64,000 nucleotides of DNA from the NCBI GenBank assembly GCA_963920595.1, contig OY986949.1, forward strand, positions 2,232,001-2,296,000. The letters run 5' to 3'. The DNA comes from Eimeria praecox (taxonomy: Eukaryota). The notes below the pieces were generated by a model. The model saw nothing but the letters and a program-made list of their open reading frames with translations. It did not search any database and was not told where the DNA came from. A program made the translations under genes and the position numbers. Below are positions 24,801-38,163 of this stretch, piece by piece (the stretch's first letter is position 1; each line of letters begins with the position of its first letter).

Positions 24801-27800
24801 TGGGGGGCATGCATCCAGCTGTGTCGCTTCTCGAGGCGTCGTTCAACATACAAGTCTTCAGAGGGGCCGTCGCGTGTCGCTTTCTAGATGAGGCGCAGAA
24901 ACTCCAGCCTCTTTTCTCTCCGTCGGCGCTTCGTGCGTGGATAGCGGCCCTTGGCCCGGCAACCCAAGCAGGTGAAGGCTTTTCAACAGCTTTAGGGAGA
25001 CAAGCTTGCTGCTTCTCCGTTGTGACTCTTCATCGTACCTGCTGCCTCATTTCTATTGGGGAGTTGCTGGTCACCTTAGGAGAGCAGTGCTTGCTGATAG
25101 GGGAAGTCGGCATTAGCTCCCTGCTGGGCTGTGCAGCCTCATTCTACTTACCAAACCCGCAGATTTTGAAAGATTTTAACCCCAACCTATATGCGCGACA
25201 GATAGCCGTGCTGGCGACCTCCCGTTTCCGCCAAGGCGATGTTGATGGCTCGCTGCAGCTGCTCGACACAGTTACAAGCTGGCCAAACTTTCCCCAATTG
25301 GAGCTTCCAGTAGGCCTCGATGTTGCTGAAGCTCTGTGGGTACGTTTTGCGTGATCCAGAAGCGGCATTTGCAAAGGCTCCGAATGCATGCTCAAAACCT
25401 ACTTAAGCCTGCGACAACAAACAGGAGATGAGCTGCACACTTGATCAATGCTCTCAATATTGTTCCGTAATCTTGCAATGCCATTTAATGCTATAAGCCA
25501 GGGAAAATTGCGCTCTGTGCTTTTACGCAGAAAGTACATGCTGCCAAAGGAATTACATCAAAGGCCGTCCCTGTGATGAAGCAGATTGAGGCGACCCTGA
25601 GCGAGCTTGCTTCCGCCGCAGCTACTGGAATTAATTTTGAGAAAAACGCTGCGTTTGCAACCCGGGCTTCCGCTGCACCCCCTGGATCTCAGCCGAATCC
25701 CACTGTTATTGTGAACCGGATCGAGAGGGGCGGCAAAACAAGTAGCTGTTTAAGCCGAGCTCACCAATCTCGGTTTGGCAGAGGAGCTGCCACTGCGGAG
25801 GTACCTCAATGGCCGCTGAGTCTCACAGTGTGGAAACACCGTCTTAAAGGATTAGAAGCGGATCATTTCTTTTCACTACACTGCCTTGGTTGGACAGCGG
25901 AAGGGGGCAGCTTGCACATTCACTGGAAGCGGACGTTCCTTGAGGCTGTGAATCTACTGTCCAGTTTGCTCGACCGAACCGAAGAACTCGGTGTTCCACT
26001 GAAGCCCCTGAGAGTGTGCGCCTCCAGCTGTATTCGTGGAGCTCGTTTCCTAATGGCAGCCATGAGGTTCCTATGGGCGGATCGGAGGAACTTTACAGCA
26101 TATCACTGGGAAAGACGTGAAAGCGCCCTTACCGTCCTTCCTAATCCCTCTGGTTCACCGCTAGTGACCCCGGCTGACCTGCAGGAATGCTGTGAGGCGC
26201 TTCACAGAGTTCTCGCCGTAAGACGCTATAAACAGCTCATGCGCAATTGCTTGGCCATTTGCCGTGAAATTCCAGAATTCACATTTTTGAGAGTTGAGCA
26301 TGTGCGGTGCTATAAAACATTACTACTCCCGGTCGGTGAATGTGCGTCGCAGGGGCTTGATCTAGAGGCAAAAGCCATTCTGGACTTTGTTGCTCAAGGC
26401 AATGATTTCCACGTTACTCACCAGTCTGCCTTAGCGTGGGCTGATATGATTTCCGTCGCTAGCGCCCAGCTGGTCTGCTTTCGCCATCAGCTTCAGCTAG
26501 TGACGCTGGAATTCTGGAGAGCAGACATACATCAAGTTCTTGACGGATCTCAACAGCTATATGCGACTAGTGGAGCTGATCCCTCCTCGAATCCTGCCAA
26601 CTCAAGCCACGCAAAAGCTTCTGCAGATGAAAAGCGCCGTGTGTTGCAGCAGTGGCTGTATGAGAGCCAATACGAAGATGCGCTTTCGTCTTCGCAGATG
26701 AAGTCTCAGCAACAGTGTCTTGAGAGTGCTATCCAGGAACTTGAAGCCATGAGAACTGTTGGCGTTTGCCGTCGCCAGGTTGACAAGAAATATAACTGTA
26801 GGGAAATCTGGGGCAAGTCCTTGCTGGACGTTCAGTGGGCCTGCCAGTGCGCGATGTTGAGGCATCATCAATCGCTTCTACAAGCTCGCCAAAGAATAAT
26901 TGCACAGGGGAAAGAACTTCATGACGTAAGAAAAACGTTTCGACCACAGACGATCAAGTGCCTGCCCTCCGCCGCCCCGCACGACCCAGCGTGCAGACAT
27001 GACTTTAGTGTGCGTGGACGAGTCAAATTCATCACAGGATATCCGGCCTCTTGGTGTTTATGCAGTTGTGCCCCTGGATACAAGATGAAACAGAATCGCA
27101 TGAGAATCGGGAGCTCTGGATAGAAGATGTCCGAAGCGCTGTTGCTCTAGTATGCCGCTGCATCAGAAGCCGATGCTGCCCGCTTGACATCCAGCTGCGG
27201 TGTTTGAAAAAGCGCTGAAAACCCTTGAGAGTAGTGTTCGCATGCATCCCGTGACAGGAAAGCTTAGCGCATACACCAGCGAGTTATATTACCTTCTCTC
27301 TATCCTCAGGCGGACAAGACTCCAAAGGGACAACAGCGGTCGTTGAATTATCTGTCCTCTGTACTGGCAAAGGACCCTCGAGAGGGTCTCTATCGTTGTA
27401 TTGCCGCGCCTGAGCTAGAACAAACCTTCCTGTCTTGTATTGCTAGTGGCCATCTCACTGAAGCCACTTTCCTTGGTGAGGAGTTAATAAATAACGTCTT
27501 CGGGAACGGAAATTTAGAACAGCTGGATCGAGGTTTCGCCACCATCGCAACGCTGCAGGCTGCGCAAGTCGCGCAGGCTTCGAAACTCCTGCAGCTGCAA
27601 TTTATGAACCCCCATATGGCCGAAAGCGTTGCCACACAAGAGCTCCTAGTTCTGGAGGATTCCTGGAGAGAAGCAGGAGCGGTACCTCAAGCTCAAGTAG
27701 TCAGAAGGTAGGGCTGCAGCTAAGCTGGTATCCCCAACAAGTGATAGTAGATACTTTCCAGATATCGCGACGAAAAATAGCTCATGATTCAGGATCATTT

Positions 27801-29838
27801 TTTGGTAGGGCAAGTCAACCAAGGCGGCACGAAGGTTGAATACATAAGTGATGCATTGTGTGCTGACTCACCCTCCTCATTGTCCTGTAGGATGCTCGAA
27901 TCTCGCATCGGCTTCATGCACATGGCGAACCTCGCAGATTTGACACCTCCAGTAGTTTTGAATTCTTGTCTACCGCGCAACTGTTGCGTAGCTTGCTTCC
28001 ACTGCGCAAGGGGATTTGTCTTTTTTGCCGTGGCATGTCCGTCGGCTCAGTTGGATGGGTCTCTGGGCGCATGGCACTTCTTTTTGCAGCGGCGTGCACT
28101 CCCAGAGTGCTTGTTACTAAATACTGAGAATGCTCTTGCAACTCAGGGTCCACCTGGGAACAAAAGTGTGCCTAAAAGACAATTTGCATCATCTTCCACT
28201 TATCCTGATCAAGTTTATGCTGTGTTGGAAGATCTTTGCGAAGCTCTGGCTGCACAGATGCTACATTGGTCGTTGACAGCAATGCTTAACCAAGGTCAAC
28301 CAGTCGGCGAGTCAAGGAGCCACCTGTTACTGCTGCCTGACATTCGGTTGTCTCACTTCCCTTTTGAGCGCTTGCCGAGCTTGAAGAGGCTCTTTGGCCA
28401 CCGCATAACGAGGGATTTCAGCTTGCACATGTTCGCCCGCCGGATGCAGCACCATGATGCAGTCTCTGTTGCTTCACAGCCGAGGAAAACAGTAGCCGAA
28501 ATGCATACTGGCTTTGCGCGCGAGTCATTGATATTGCTGCCCGAGTATACCACTTATCCGAACGTTCAAAACATGGTGGAGAATGAACATTTGCCTGGAA
28601 CGGAAGAAGCTCAGGCGGATGTGCCCTCCGCTGACGAAGAAACTCCAACAGCTACAGATTTAGAAAGCCCCACTTCCTCCTTACCTAAGACAGTTATTTC
28701 ACCTCTTCTTACATCCCTTAACTGTCCCAGCGGTGACTGGCGTCTTGCTGTCGTTGCGGAGCTAGCCTCATTCAAAAGGGCTGCATCTGCTGATACAAGC
28801 CCTGGCATTCCACCGTGCACCAGTTTTGTTCCCGAATTGCTCTGCTCCAAATCTCCCCAAGTAGCGTGGATTCCGTCGCTAGATCAGATGGTACCGAGCT
28901 GTGAAGACCTCAATTATGTGCTTGCTGGGATGAATTTGGCACATGTTTCTCTGCTTGGCTTGGTACCGATGAGGCGAGAACTGCCACAATCCGACGCTGG
29001 TACACACATGGGCCGCTATTCAGAATCTACCACTTACTGTGAAGAACAGAAAGTACATGGGCTTTCCAGGGGAATCGAAACTATTCTCATGCTCAGCATC
29101 AGAGGTGAGAGCGTCTTGCCTTTAATACACTAAAGATCCAAGTTCTTTAGCAAGAAAAAAGTTTAGACTACACTGAGAGTGTTAAAAGTTTAGACCACAC
29201 TGAGAGTGTTCCCTGCACGGAGGTTTAGGGCTATTTTTGTAGCTGAGCATACGCGCTTGCTGTTCTTTACGTCGTTAGGAGTGGGGACGATTGCCGCTGT
29301 AGACGAAATTCTCACCGATCAACAGAAGGTGGATCTGACCAAGAGGTTTTTGGCAGAGGTGGCCGGTGCTCAGGCCCAAATTTGTGCTGCAGTGTAAGTA
29401 GAGTCAAGGCTTTAGGCTTACTCTCAGCATTAGCACCTAGCCAGTTGAAGACGTGGTGACCGCTGCAAGCTTTAGAAGGCAAAATTGCCTACGTTTTAAT
29501 ACAGACATAGGAAGGACCTTTTCAGTTGAGCTGGCAGTCCGCAAACGTGCTTGCCTGCGCTGCGCAGGGAGTCACTCACCAGTTCTTCCCCAGAAGGAGG
29601 AAGAACGCGCTTCTCCACAAAACGGCACCTTCAACACAAAATAGAGCAAGCGGAGCACGAGCGTTTCGCCTCCTCCGAAAATCCTGAAGAGAGGTTCGGC
29701 GCCGAGGGTTTAGATAAGGAAGGTATTGCGAAAGGCATGCGCATCTATGGACTTCCGTGGATCGGTCGTTTAGCCTCCCAAAAGAATGCTTCAAAGGCAG
29801 AACTCCAGAAGGTTCCACAACAGAGAGGTCGAAAATAA
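17525..29838 (+). CDS. CFAP46: CFAP46/TTC40-like cilia- and flagella-associated protein, large multi-exon gene
   Basis: Three segments resemble CFAP46 as I recall it: 'MWNIARPCLGPETRRHIYRNMQK|ASNALDRCQSSHISLRVHLLHQLAQCEVEEELFKAAQATITKALEL', C-terminal 'LLLLPDIRLSHFPFERLPSL...ITRDFSLHMFARR', and terminal 'RIYGLPW'. Long helical + strand ORFs are joined by GT-AG introns. Stop TAA at 29836-29838; the start is tentative. Confidence 0.75.
18177..18188. promoter_or_regulatory. TGCATGCATGCA (overlapping TGCATGCA octamers)
   Basis: Palindromic TGCATGCA motif known to be enriched in coccidian non-coding DNA and bound by ApiAP2 factors. Here it is intronic; other copies lie near 3265, 8333 and 8540. 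Confidence 0.4.
21845..21893 (+). repeat. (TG)n microsatellite, about 24 units
   Basis: Perfect TG run in a CFAP46 intron, ending a few nt before the CTGCAG acceptor. Confidence 0.95.
29157..29210 (+). repeat. 27-bp tandem duplication, 2 copies, 1 mismatch
   Basis: AAAAGTTTAGACTACACTGAGAGTGTT followed by AAAAGTTTAGACCACACTGAGAGTGTT, intronic. Confidence 0.9.
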
Positions 29839-32800
29839 TTTACAGGCTTCCGTGGGCACCACGGTTATGCCTAGATCCTAAAATGCAGGCGTTATGCATG
29901 AGGAGCCATCCCAGCAGCATAAAAGTAGCAGCCTTTCTACCAAGATGAATCACACTTGACTTGGCATTTGTTCCCTACCCGAGTTGGCCACGGCCCCTGG
30001 GAAAATATGTGCATGATGCTTCCGTCGAGGGCAGTGCCCATGTATCTAAGAAGTGGTGAGCACAAAGTTAAAGCTGGCGACAAAGCGTGGCGCTTTAAAG
30101 CAAAATGCTTCAAAGCTTCAAGGCTTTACGGTCCCGTCAAACCGCAGGCTGTCTCTAAGCTATACGGGCCCTACAGGCAAACTAGGTAGCTCCTGTAGAG
30201 GTGTATTTTGTTTAAGGATGAGACCCTTATAGGGGGGCTCCATACGGAATTTCTGTTACTATCAACTAGTGGCGAACCGCCACAATAGGAGTCCAGTGGT
30301 ACTGCTGGCGGCTGCAGGCTTCCTAGCAAACCCACTTCTAGAGCACGTCATCCTTTCGAAAATTACAATGAAAAACCCATAACTATCCTAATCCTTCCAT
30401 TTGGTTGGAGCTTTGGGGAGCAGTCTAAGCTACGGTTTAGGACAGTTAGCGCTCGGACATGCGGAATTGCACGCGTAGTGTCAAGATTTGGCACAACGGG
30501 ATGCCTCATACCCCTTCCTGCACTAGAAATGAAGGTTTTCTTTGACTGCTGCTTCTCTAGCAAGAGCTCAAGCTTTCCTAAATTCCAGTTTGCAGTCAGC
30601 ACAAGTGCTCCCAGATGACTCGGCGCGTAGGAAATCGGAAGCTGACCTAATTGTGATGCGCGTCTTAGTCAGCATTCTGTTCTCCGTACAAAGTCTCTGA
30701 TTTTCCTCCACTGCTCTCCAAGCCTTATGCTTTTGAAGGGTGCAGCCCTCAAGGTGCCAGATGGCGCAGAGTTTCAAGGTTGTGGGCTGCTAGACCTTGG
30801 TAGTTGAATTCACACGCTTTGAGCAGCTAGTTATTAAGGTTCAGTGCAGTTGAGGAAACCAACATTAGCACTACAGTGTGAGTTCGCTCCCTAGGCTAAG
30901 CAGTGCAGGGAAGCTAGCTCAATGCTCCCAGAAGGCTCGTTCGTAATTGTCTCTCTGCCTGAGGCCCCCTGTCTCTTAGAAATGGTGGGATGCTTGGAGC
31001 CACCTCTTGGAAATACTGAGTTATTTGGAGCCGCAAGGCTAGTAGTTAGCCAGTGTTGCATTGCTATTCGGCAGCATTTTTCGTTTTAGCCTAGCCAACC
31101 GATCCAAGAGGGTGACTGTGAATGAATATACGATCATGCAGGCCCCGCGAGAGCCTTCCAATCGCATAATATTCTATAGGTGATCCCCCAAACCATTTCC
31201 TGTGGAAGATACCCACGGCGGTGGGGACTCTGTTAAGCTGGAGGCTTTTCTTAAATTTGGTCACGGGGCATCAAACACGTATGGGCTCGCTGGCCTTGCG
31301 GGCAGCACCAAAATCGGTGTGAGGGGCTTTGCATCAACAAGAAGGTAATAATGTACGCACTGTGGACACTAAGAGCCTCAGAAGCTCTGATTTTCGCGAA
31401 AAAGACTAAAGGTATTGCCAGTGCTCCTCCGAAAGTGACGCATGGAACGGGACGTACCAGCAGCAGCCGATGTATGCTATCGGCAGATGGTTGGCTTTTA
31501 CCCAGTAATGCAAAGGAGGTTCCCGCCACATAATTTTGCCATTTACGATCTCGTGTTACATGCGAGGAGGCCCCTGGCCCTGATGAATTCAAATCCCTGT
31601 AAGCTGCAGACGTCTGCATTAGAGACCGTACCAACAGCACAGCATTGATTGCCTATCCGACGATTGTAGTAACCCTTAAATATGGGAATCGACTACGGGA
31701 GCGCATAAACAGTACCACGGAGCTCACGCCAAAGCTCCATAAAGGCATGAGCCCGCGGGACTGGAGACTGCAACGGCATTTCTCCTATATCCGGGACACA
31801 GACTCCTGCGGCCGTGCGAGTGCACCAGCATTTGCAGGACCGTTTATGCAAGAGGTCTGGAAAAGTGATGCAGCTACAAACAGTGGAGAGCTGCTTTGGT
31901 GGCTGACTGGAAAAACACTGAGTCAGTCTAAGGCCCCACTTTTTTATCCACAGCATGAGCACGTAAAGGCAATGCGAATAGCAAAGATTGGCAACAATTT
32001 GCAGAAAGACTATTGACCTGAAAGAAATGCACTAGTAGAACAGGAGCACCTCACGCATGTTAAGTGGAAGGGAATGATGATACGTCTTCCAGCTTCTTCA
32101 AGTGAACTGGATGTTGTGCGTTTGCACAGCATCTTGCAGTGCAACTGAGCGGGCAGTTGAGCATTTTTGTCCTCTGAGGTAAGCCTGCTCTGATGAAGAA
32201 AGCCCAGATTTCAAACGACAAATTGTTTCTGGCATGCCAGCTTACAAGTGCAATATGCCACAAATACTATTGGCGCTGCCTTCCTGGCATAGGATGCTTT
32301 AGTTCGTGCTTACTGGCGTTCAGTGCTTAAGCCAACTTCGGAGGCTAGTATGATAGCCGGGCAGCAGCTCTCCGAGAGCAATAAGCAACAAAAGAATAGC
32401 TTGAGCACGTACATTTGCTGTAACTACTATAAGAGCAGTAGAGCATGAGATTGGTTCCAAGTCCCCTGAACAGTACCCATCAAATTGGTGCTTGCGGAGC
32501 GGCAGGCTTTTGAGTGTGGGTTATGGGCGAAGGGGTTGGCCTCGAAGGGCCAGCCGCATCTGAGTTTGTTGCAGAACTTCTGAGGGTGGGCAAGAAGACA
32601 ATTACATTACAGTGAACGGATTGGCACCTTTGCTCATCACGTCTCCTTTCAGGCGTGGTGCATAAAGTATGTCATAAGCACCCGGCGGGTTCTTTCGCTC
32701 AGGAACTGCTTCGACGTCATGGGGACACCAGAGCCCCGCTGCTTTTGCAGAGAATAGATTCAGATACAGGCGAACAGTACTCGCATGACTCCTTTTATGA

Positions 32801-35800
32801 GGACAATCGCTCCAAGGAAAACATTACAATGGTCTCGCCACTCGCAAGGCTCGGATCCGTCCTTTAGCGCCTCCTCTAAAACGCAGCGGTGAAATGTGAG
32901 CTCTTAGGTCAGCACAGCATGATACAACATTTGTTTGAGCTGTAGAGAATTCTCGGTGCTATCTGTCAGCTACTGCAGTGGACCTGCAGCAGCAGGCCCA
33001 AGTTGGCGCCAAGCAGCTCATCGTTGGGCACGGGGATGTACCAGGGCGAGGATAGGACAACGAGTGCGCCTATTGAAGCTGTCACAGCCATGACCAGTCT
33101 CCACAGACACAGACAGCCCTTGGTAGAGCGGCGCTTATCCCTGTTTGGGGACGGAAGCGTTCCTTGGGCAAGTCAAGACTTCCGCAAGACACAAAACTTG
33201 AGGAGGAAACGCAGCTTGGACAGGCTCACTAGTGGTGCTGTGGCCTGCCAGTTCTTGTGGACTTGTGGGAGGCAACTTTTGGCTGCGTGCGCAAGTAATA
33301 TTGACATGCCCTTCACATAAACAGCCAGACCTCAGCAGTCCGGATTTCACGGTAGAATATTAGTTTGACAGGTCCACCATGACAGGGACTCCTGCAGCCA
33401 AACGTAGTCATCAATCACAGCATTTTTCGAGATTCAGAAGGAAAGATGCAAGCAGCAATCTACTCATTCAACTCAAAGATTATCTCGTGCTGATGCGGCT
33501 GCACCCAGCATTGGTGAAACATGAAATGGAGCTCCCAAAGTGGACCTTGATTGATAAAAGGCAACAGCGGCATCAGCCAAGGAACGTTAGACAGCTTTGC
33601 AGAGGCCCGAGCATGCCAATGCTTCTATTCGTGTTCTCAAGTTTTGACAAGCGACGCCAAATCCCTAGCAGCTGTTCATCCCAAAAAATGTTTATTTCGT
33701 CTTGTGGTTATTGGTACCTTTCATATTTTCTGATGCGTGTGCTGCCTCCAGGCATTTTCACGAATAGTAGTTGCCAGCGTCAAAAGCGTCAAAAGCCCTG
33801 ATGGAGCATCACCTTCCCGCTTCTCCCATGATTGCGAAATCGAGGACCCATCACCACAATTTTTAAGTGCTGGACTGCGCGGGGGCAGCTCGACAATCTT
33901 CTGCCCATGCTTACTGACTCTGCCCTCCACAGCAACGCGATCCTTAGGTTTATGCGGCAGTAGTCCCCTATTTCCAGTGTTACAGTAGGTATGCATCCTT
34001 CTATTGAACACGTCGCGCTTCATCAGATGTGCTGAACTCGCTGCTTAGTCAAATGCCTCCATATGCTGCCTGGACTGCTTTGCCCCTGTAACGGTTTGCT
34101 GTTAGCCAGGCTGTGAAAAGGGGGAAAGATTTTCATCTCTAGCGATTAGTTATGCCTGCTGGTTCTCAGAGCTTGCCTTGGCTTCTTTCTATTCTCGGCA
34201 AGCAGCTTATGGAGATTTACATCACCAGGGGAAGCTGCCAATCAAGTAGCTAAGGAAGCAATCGGAAGACCAAAATGAGCATCTTCTTCGCTTGAAGTGT
34301 TCAGCTAGCCTTGAATGGGCCAGCCAGCCCTCTTCCGGGAGATAACAAGCCACTCCACACAGCTGAAGAAAGCGAAAAGACCGTTGCGACCTCCTAGCTA
34401 AAGCGGAAGCTGACTTTAGCTGTTTTGCATACGAAGACTTTGCCAGCACACGCGAGGAAAAGGGGTAAGCAGCTGCAGTTCTGAAGGAGGGGGACCATCG
34501 GCTGGAGGAGAATTCAACGCGCTAGGGCTTTTATGGAGGAGAAGCATAAACCTATAGCTGGCTTCTAGCGTGTTAGAACGCCTATTTTGAGAAGAGTGGC
34601 AGCAGCAGCGGGAAGCAGAGCCCCTGACGGGCTTGAGCTTAATCCTTTGGGCACTGGCACCTGTAAAAGCGCACAGTGCTCTGGATGGCCTGTCGACCAG
34701 AGCAACAGAGCATCGGAGGTAGAGGGATCTGTTGCACAGATAACTGCACAGAATTTTGCCACTTTGATTCAGGCGAAATGGCAGCTGACGGCGATGAAAA
34801 ACGTGCTTGCCCCCATGCGCCCGCACTGGGCGAGTGTTCCGTAGGTTTCAGCACCCCGCTGACAAGCTGTGCACCCTATGCAGCACAGATCGAGTCGCGT
34901 CTCTGCTGCCTCTATGCAGCACTTCTGAATGTGCTGAGGCCTTCTGAAGGAGCAGAGCTTGGGTACAACAACAAGCAAAACACATTGGTGAGCACAGAAA
35001 TCTTTGGAAAAAAAAACCAGCCAAGCCTTTGAAATGATGGGTTCCTTTGGTCAAACAGAAAACAAAACCCAGGTATAAGTACCGTAATAATTTGTCGATG
35101 TGTACTGGTGCTTTTTTGTGTGGAAACTGTTCAGCCCCTTCGACGTCGCACGGCCAATGAATTTACATGGCACGGGCGTCGATCTACCAGTTTTCTTTGA
35201 TTCTATCTCCCCACAGTTGTTGCCGGCTTTCATATTCTGGGAAAGCATGAAGATGGGTTTGAAACAAAGGGCGCCGAGCAGTGTACAGTGGTGCTACCAG
35301 AAACTAGCGCGAGTATTGAATATTTACACCTTCGACAAGGAAGCACATCGAAGAACAAATGTATGCAATGCGAAAAAGGATGCTGCAGATAAGCCATTGA
35401 AACAACGCCTATGCTGCTGTTAGTGCAAAGCCACAAAGCACTTCCTGCAGAGATGCTTCGTGAATGCTTTAAATGGAACCGTGTTATTTACCGGCTGACC
35501 TCACTAGCACCAAGCAAATGCTGATGCAAATCTCAGGCTGTGGTAGGGCTGACTAGACTGTCGTCAAGTTTCTGCATAGCCCGCACATTATCAAGCGCCC
35601 CTCTGTGTGGTGAGCTGCGTAGTGAGGATTTGTAGCCCATAATACAATTCAATTCGGCCCCATTTGCCCTCCTTACTACACCTTGGGAAGGCTTTTGACA
35701 AGCCGTATCCTGCGTAAGTCCAACTATAGGGCTGCAAAACTGCTTCGCTGAAGGCAATTCGAGGTGCCAGTGTTCACTACTTGAAAATATGCCTTGCAGA

Positions 35801-36424
35801 GGTAAGAGAGCAGCAGCTCCCGTGTGCGAGTGCCTTCTACCGAAATGGATGACCTTCCCAAATTTCACATTTTTAACAATCACCCTACTGCATAATTCAA
35901 AAAATGGACCAATGAAGCGTATGCCAACAACCAGCATAAATTCAGCCAGTGAGTAGCGCTGCGTTGGGATCACAACTCTATGTTTGTCGCTGCACTGTGC
36001 CCCCACCTATCGTTCGCACGTTAGTACTAAAAATAACACAAACCTAATTTAAAATACTGTTTGTTGTAAAAAATTCCTTGGCTGTCTTAGAGGCTTCCTC
36101 GTGGTCTACGGGAGGAGACACCCGTCAAACCCGCCACAGGCCTGCAGCTGTCACCTTCGTGCCTGCATGCCCCCTAGCGATCGTTTTATTGTTCCATGCG
36201 CTACTTATTTATATTCAAGTGCATATTCGTTTTGCCTTTAGGAAAACGAGAGGCAAGTATGAGCTTCTCTGGCTTGTAGGCTTGTTGGGGGGCCCCTGGT
36301 GGGGGCCCCCCCAGAGCAAGTCGTGTGAATTACTATATTTACGGCTGAAGAAGGCCTCTTCAGAGACTGTTTTAATGATACTGGCATCTCACAGCATGGA
36401 ACAAGGGGGTAGGCATACATCGAA

Positions 36425-37682
36425 ATGCGGAGGCTCGTCAGGTACTGGGCTGTTTGGGGGCTTTTGAAGCAGCAGCAACAAGGACAAGGGAAGCAGCGGA
36501 TGCTGCTACTGCTGGTGATTATGGTGGCCTGCTGTATCGGTATCTCGGCATCTGCTTTTCTCTGCTGCCCCTCTTCGACAATATCTGACCCCGCAATCAC
36601 CGCGTTTATCAGAGTAACTTCGCCGTGGCCTGTATTTAGAGCGACATTTCTTGTGCCTGCCAGCAGCAACACTAGTGCAGACAAAACAAATATCCTCGGC
36701 AAGTCCCTGTCACTTCGTCATGCTGGCTGCAGACGAATGAATAAGCAAGCTGCTTCTGGGAGTGTGCGGCATGAAGGGCTCATCAAAGCCTACTGCAGTC
36801 AGTGGGCCATTCTTGAATCAGACACTCACACGGGGAGTCATTACACACCCCGAATGCCACTAAGACCCCCAACCCCCCTAACGGGCGCGACGATGTATGG
36901 AGGCCCCCTGACTTTGTTCATGAGGGCGCATGTGCGTCGGCCCCACAGCAGATTGGGAAGACCCCAGTCCCACAGAAAGGCCCTTTTACGGAATCTTGCT
37001 ACCCAGGTAAGCATCAATCCAAATATTGCTTCGTAAGTTTTGCTAATTGCGTGTGAGATGTTGTGTTGACGCTTAGATGCTTTCTCAGCCTTGCATTTGG
37101 TTGCCTAGCAAACGTACGTCGCTAGCGTGGTGAGTGCCATCACGCTCTACATAACATGCAGGCTCTTTGACGTGGGTGAATGTCCCCTCGTTGTTTTGCA
37201 GTTAATAAGGCATGGTAGCATCATTACGACTGCGGCCAAGGGCAGGGAGCTCCGTCGCGTGATCGACTCGAAAATTGTTCTGGCGAAAAAGGGGGGACTT
37301 CACAACTACCGCCAGGCCCTCGGGTTTTTTTACGACAAGAAGCTTACGAGGAGCTTGTTTCAGCAAGTAAGTAATGCGTAAGTGGTAGTCACTAACGACA
37401 GTTACGCACACACTTTGCTGCTATGAAATGCAGTGCTTTCTCATTTTATAGAGACCGAGTGGACAAAAGCAACAGACACAGTGATTTTGCTAACCGGAGG
37501 TAGAAACATCACAACTTTGTCCTTCGTTGAGTAGCTGAGGTGCCCGTCTGTGTGTTGTGTTTGGTACGAAGGCTCCGACACGGTTTGCTCGAAGAAACAA
37601 CGGATTTTGTAGATGCACGCTATTGCCGTTTCCCCGTTTAGGCGATGCGGCTAAAATATGCAGAGTCGAACTTCTGGACTAG
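36425..37682 (+). CDS. rpl17: Organellar (probably apicoplast) 50S ribosomal protein L17, 3 exons (to 37006; 37202-37366; 37572-37682)
   Basis: bL17 motif 'RLGRPQSHRKALLRNLATQ|LIRHGSIITTAAKGRELRRVIDSKIVLAKKG...|APTRFARRNNGFCR...RLGDAAKICRVELLD*'. The long N-terminal leader has a hydrophobic signal-like stretch (MLLLLVIMVACCIGISASAF; alternative ATG 36500) and an S/T/R-rich transit-like region. Confidence 0.9.
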
Positions 37683-37719
37683 CACATATATAAAGTACCT
37701 TTCCAATTTAGCTGTGGGC

Positions 37720-38163
37720 GGTGTCGTCATACGACAAATTGCCTCCTTGCAGCCCTCAAAGAGCCGCCTCCCTGCGGTGCTTCCTGATTTGTCGTTTCGT
37801 TGCGTTTTGGCTCTCTGAACCAGGGTTTACTGCTGGTACCCCTAAAGGCTCCCCAGTGACAGTTTTCTTTGGACTTCTGGCCAAATTTTTAAATGACAAG
37901 AGCGGATTTGTCAACACGGCAGAAGTGAACACTCCACTTCGTCCGTTCTGGGCAGGGCACGCTACGCTGACATTCACTTGTCTTTGGTGTCCACGGACAC
38001 ACACTCAAAAGATGCGCCCCCCGAACTTAGGTGTGCTCAAAGGACTGGGGATGGCGGAGTTTATTTAGGGCCAGGAAAATGACCCACTATCTCAGGGGGG
38101 CTGCACGGCGCCCCCCCGGCGGCCTCCCGCCGGTTCGAGTTCGCGGCATCGCGTGAAGACACC
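37720..38163. ncRNA. Candidate highly structured non-coding RNA (identity unknown)
   Basis: Four nested long-range helices plus several local hairpins. TATATAAA at 37687-37694 upstream and TTTTTT at 38183-38188 downstream. See findings. Confidence 0.5.

Noticed and set aside
37843..38052. RNase MRP/P P4-like match (AAAGGCTCCCC ... ACTGGGGA)
   Set aside because: The pairing is nested rather than pseudoknotted with P2, and the CR-I/CR-V consensus fits poorly. Not called without an Infernal search.
38095..38163. tRNA (GGTTCGAG T-loop-like motif with adjacent hairpins)
   Set aside because: No cloverleaf, acceptor stem or anticodon loop can be built. Treated as part of the larger structured element.
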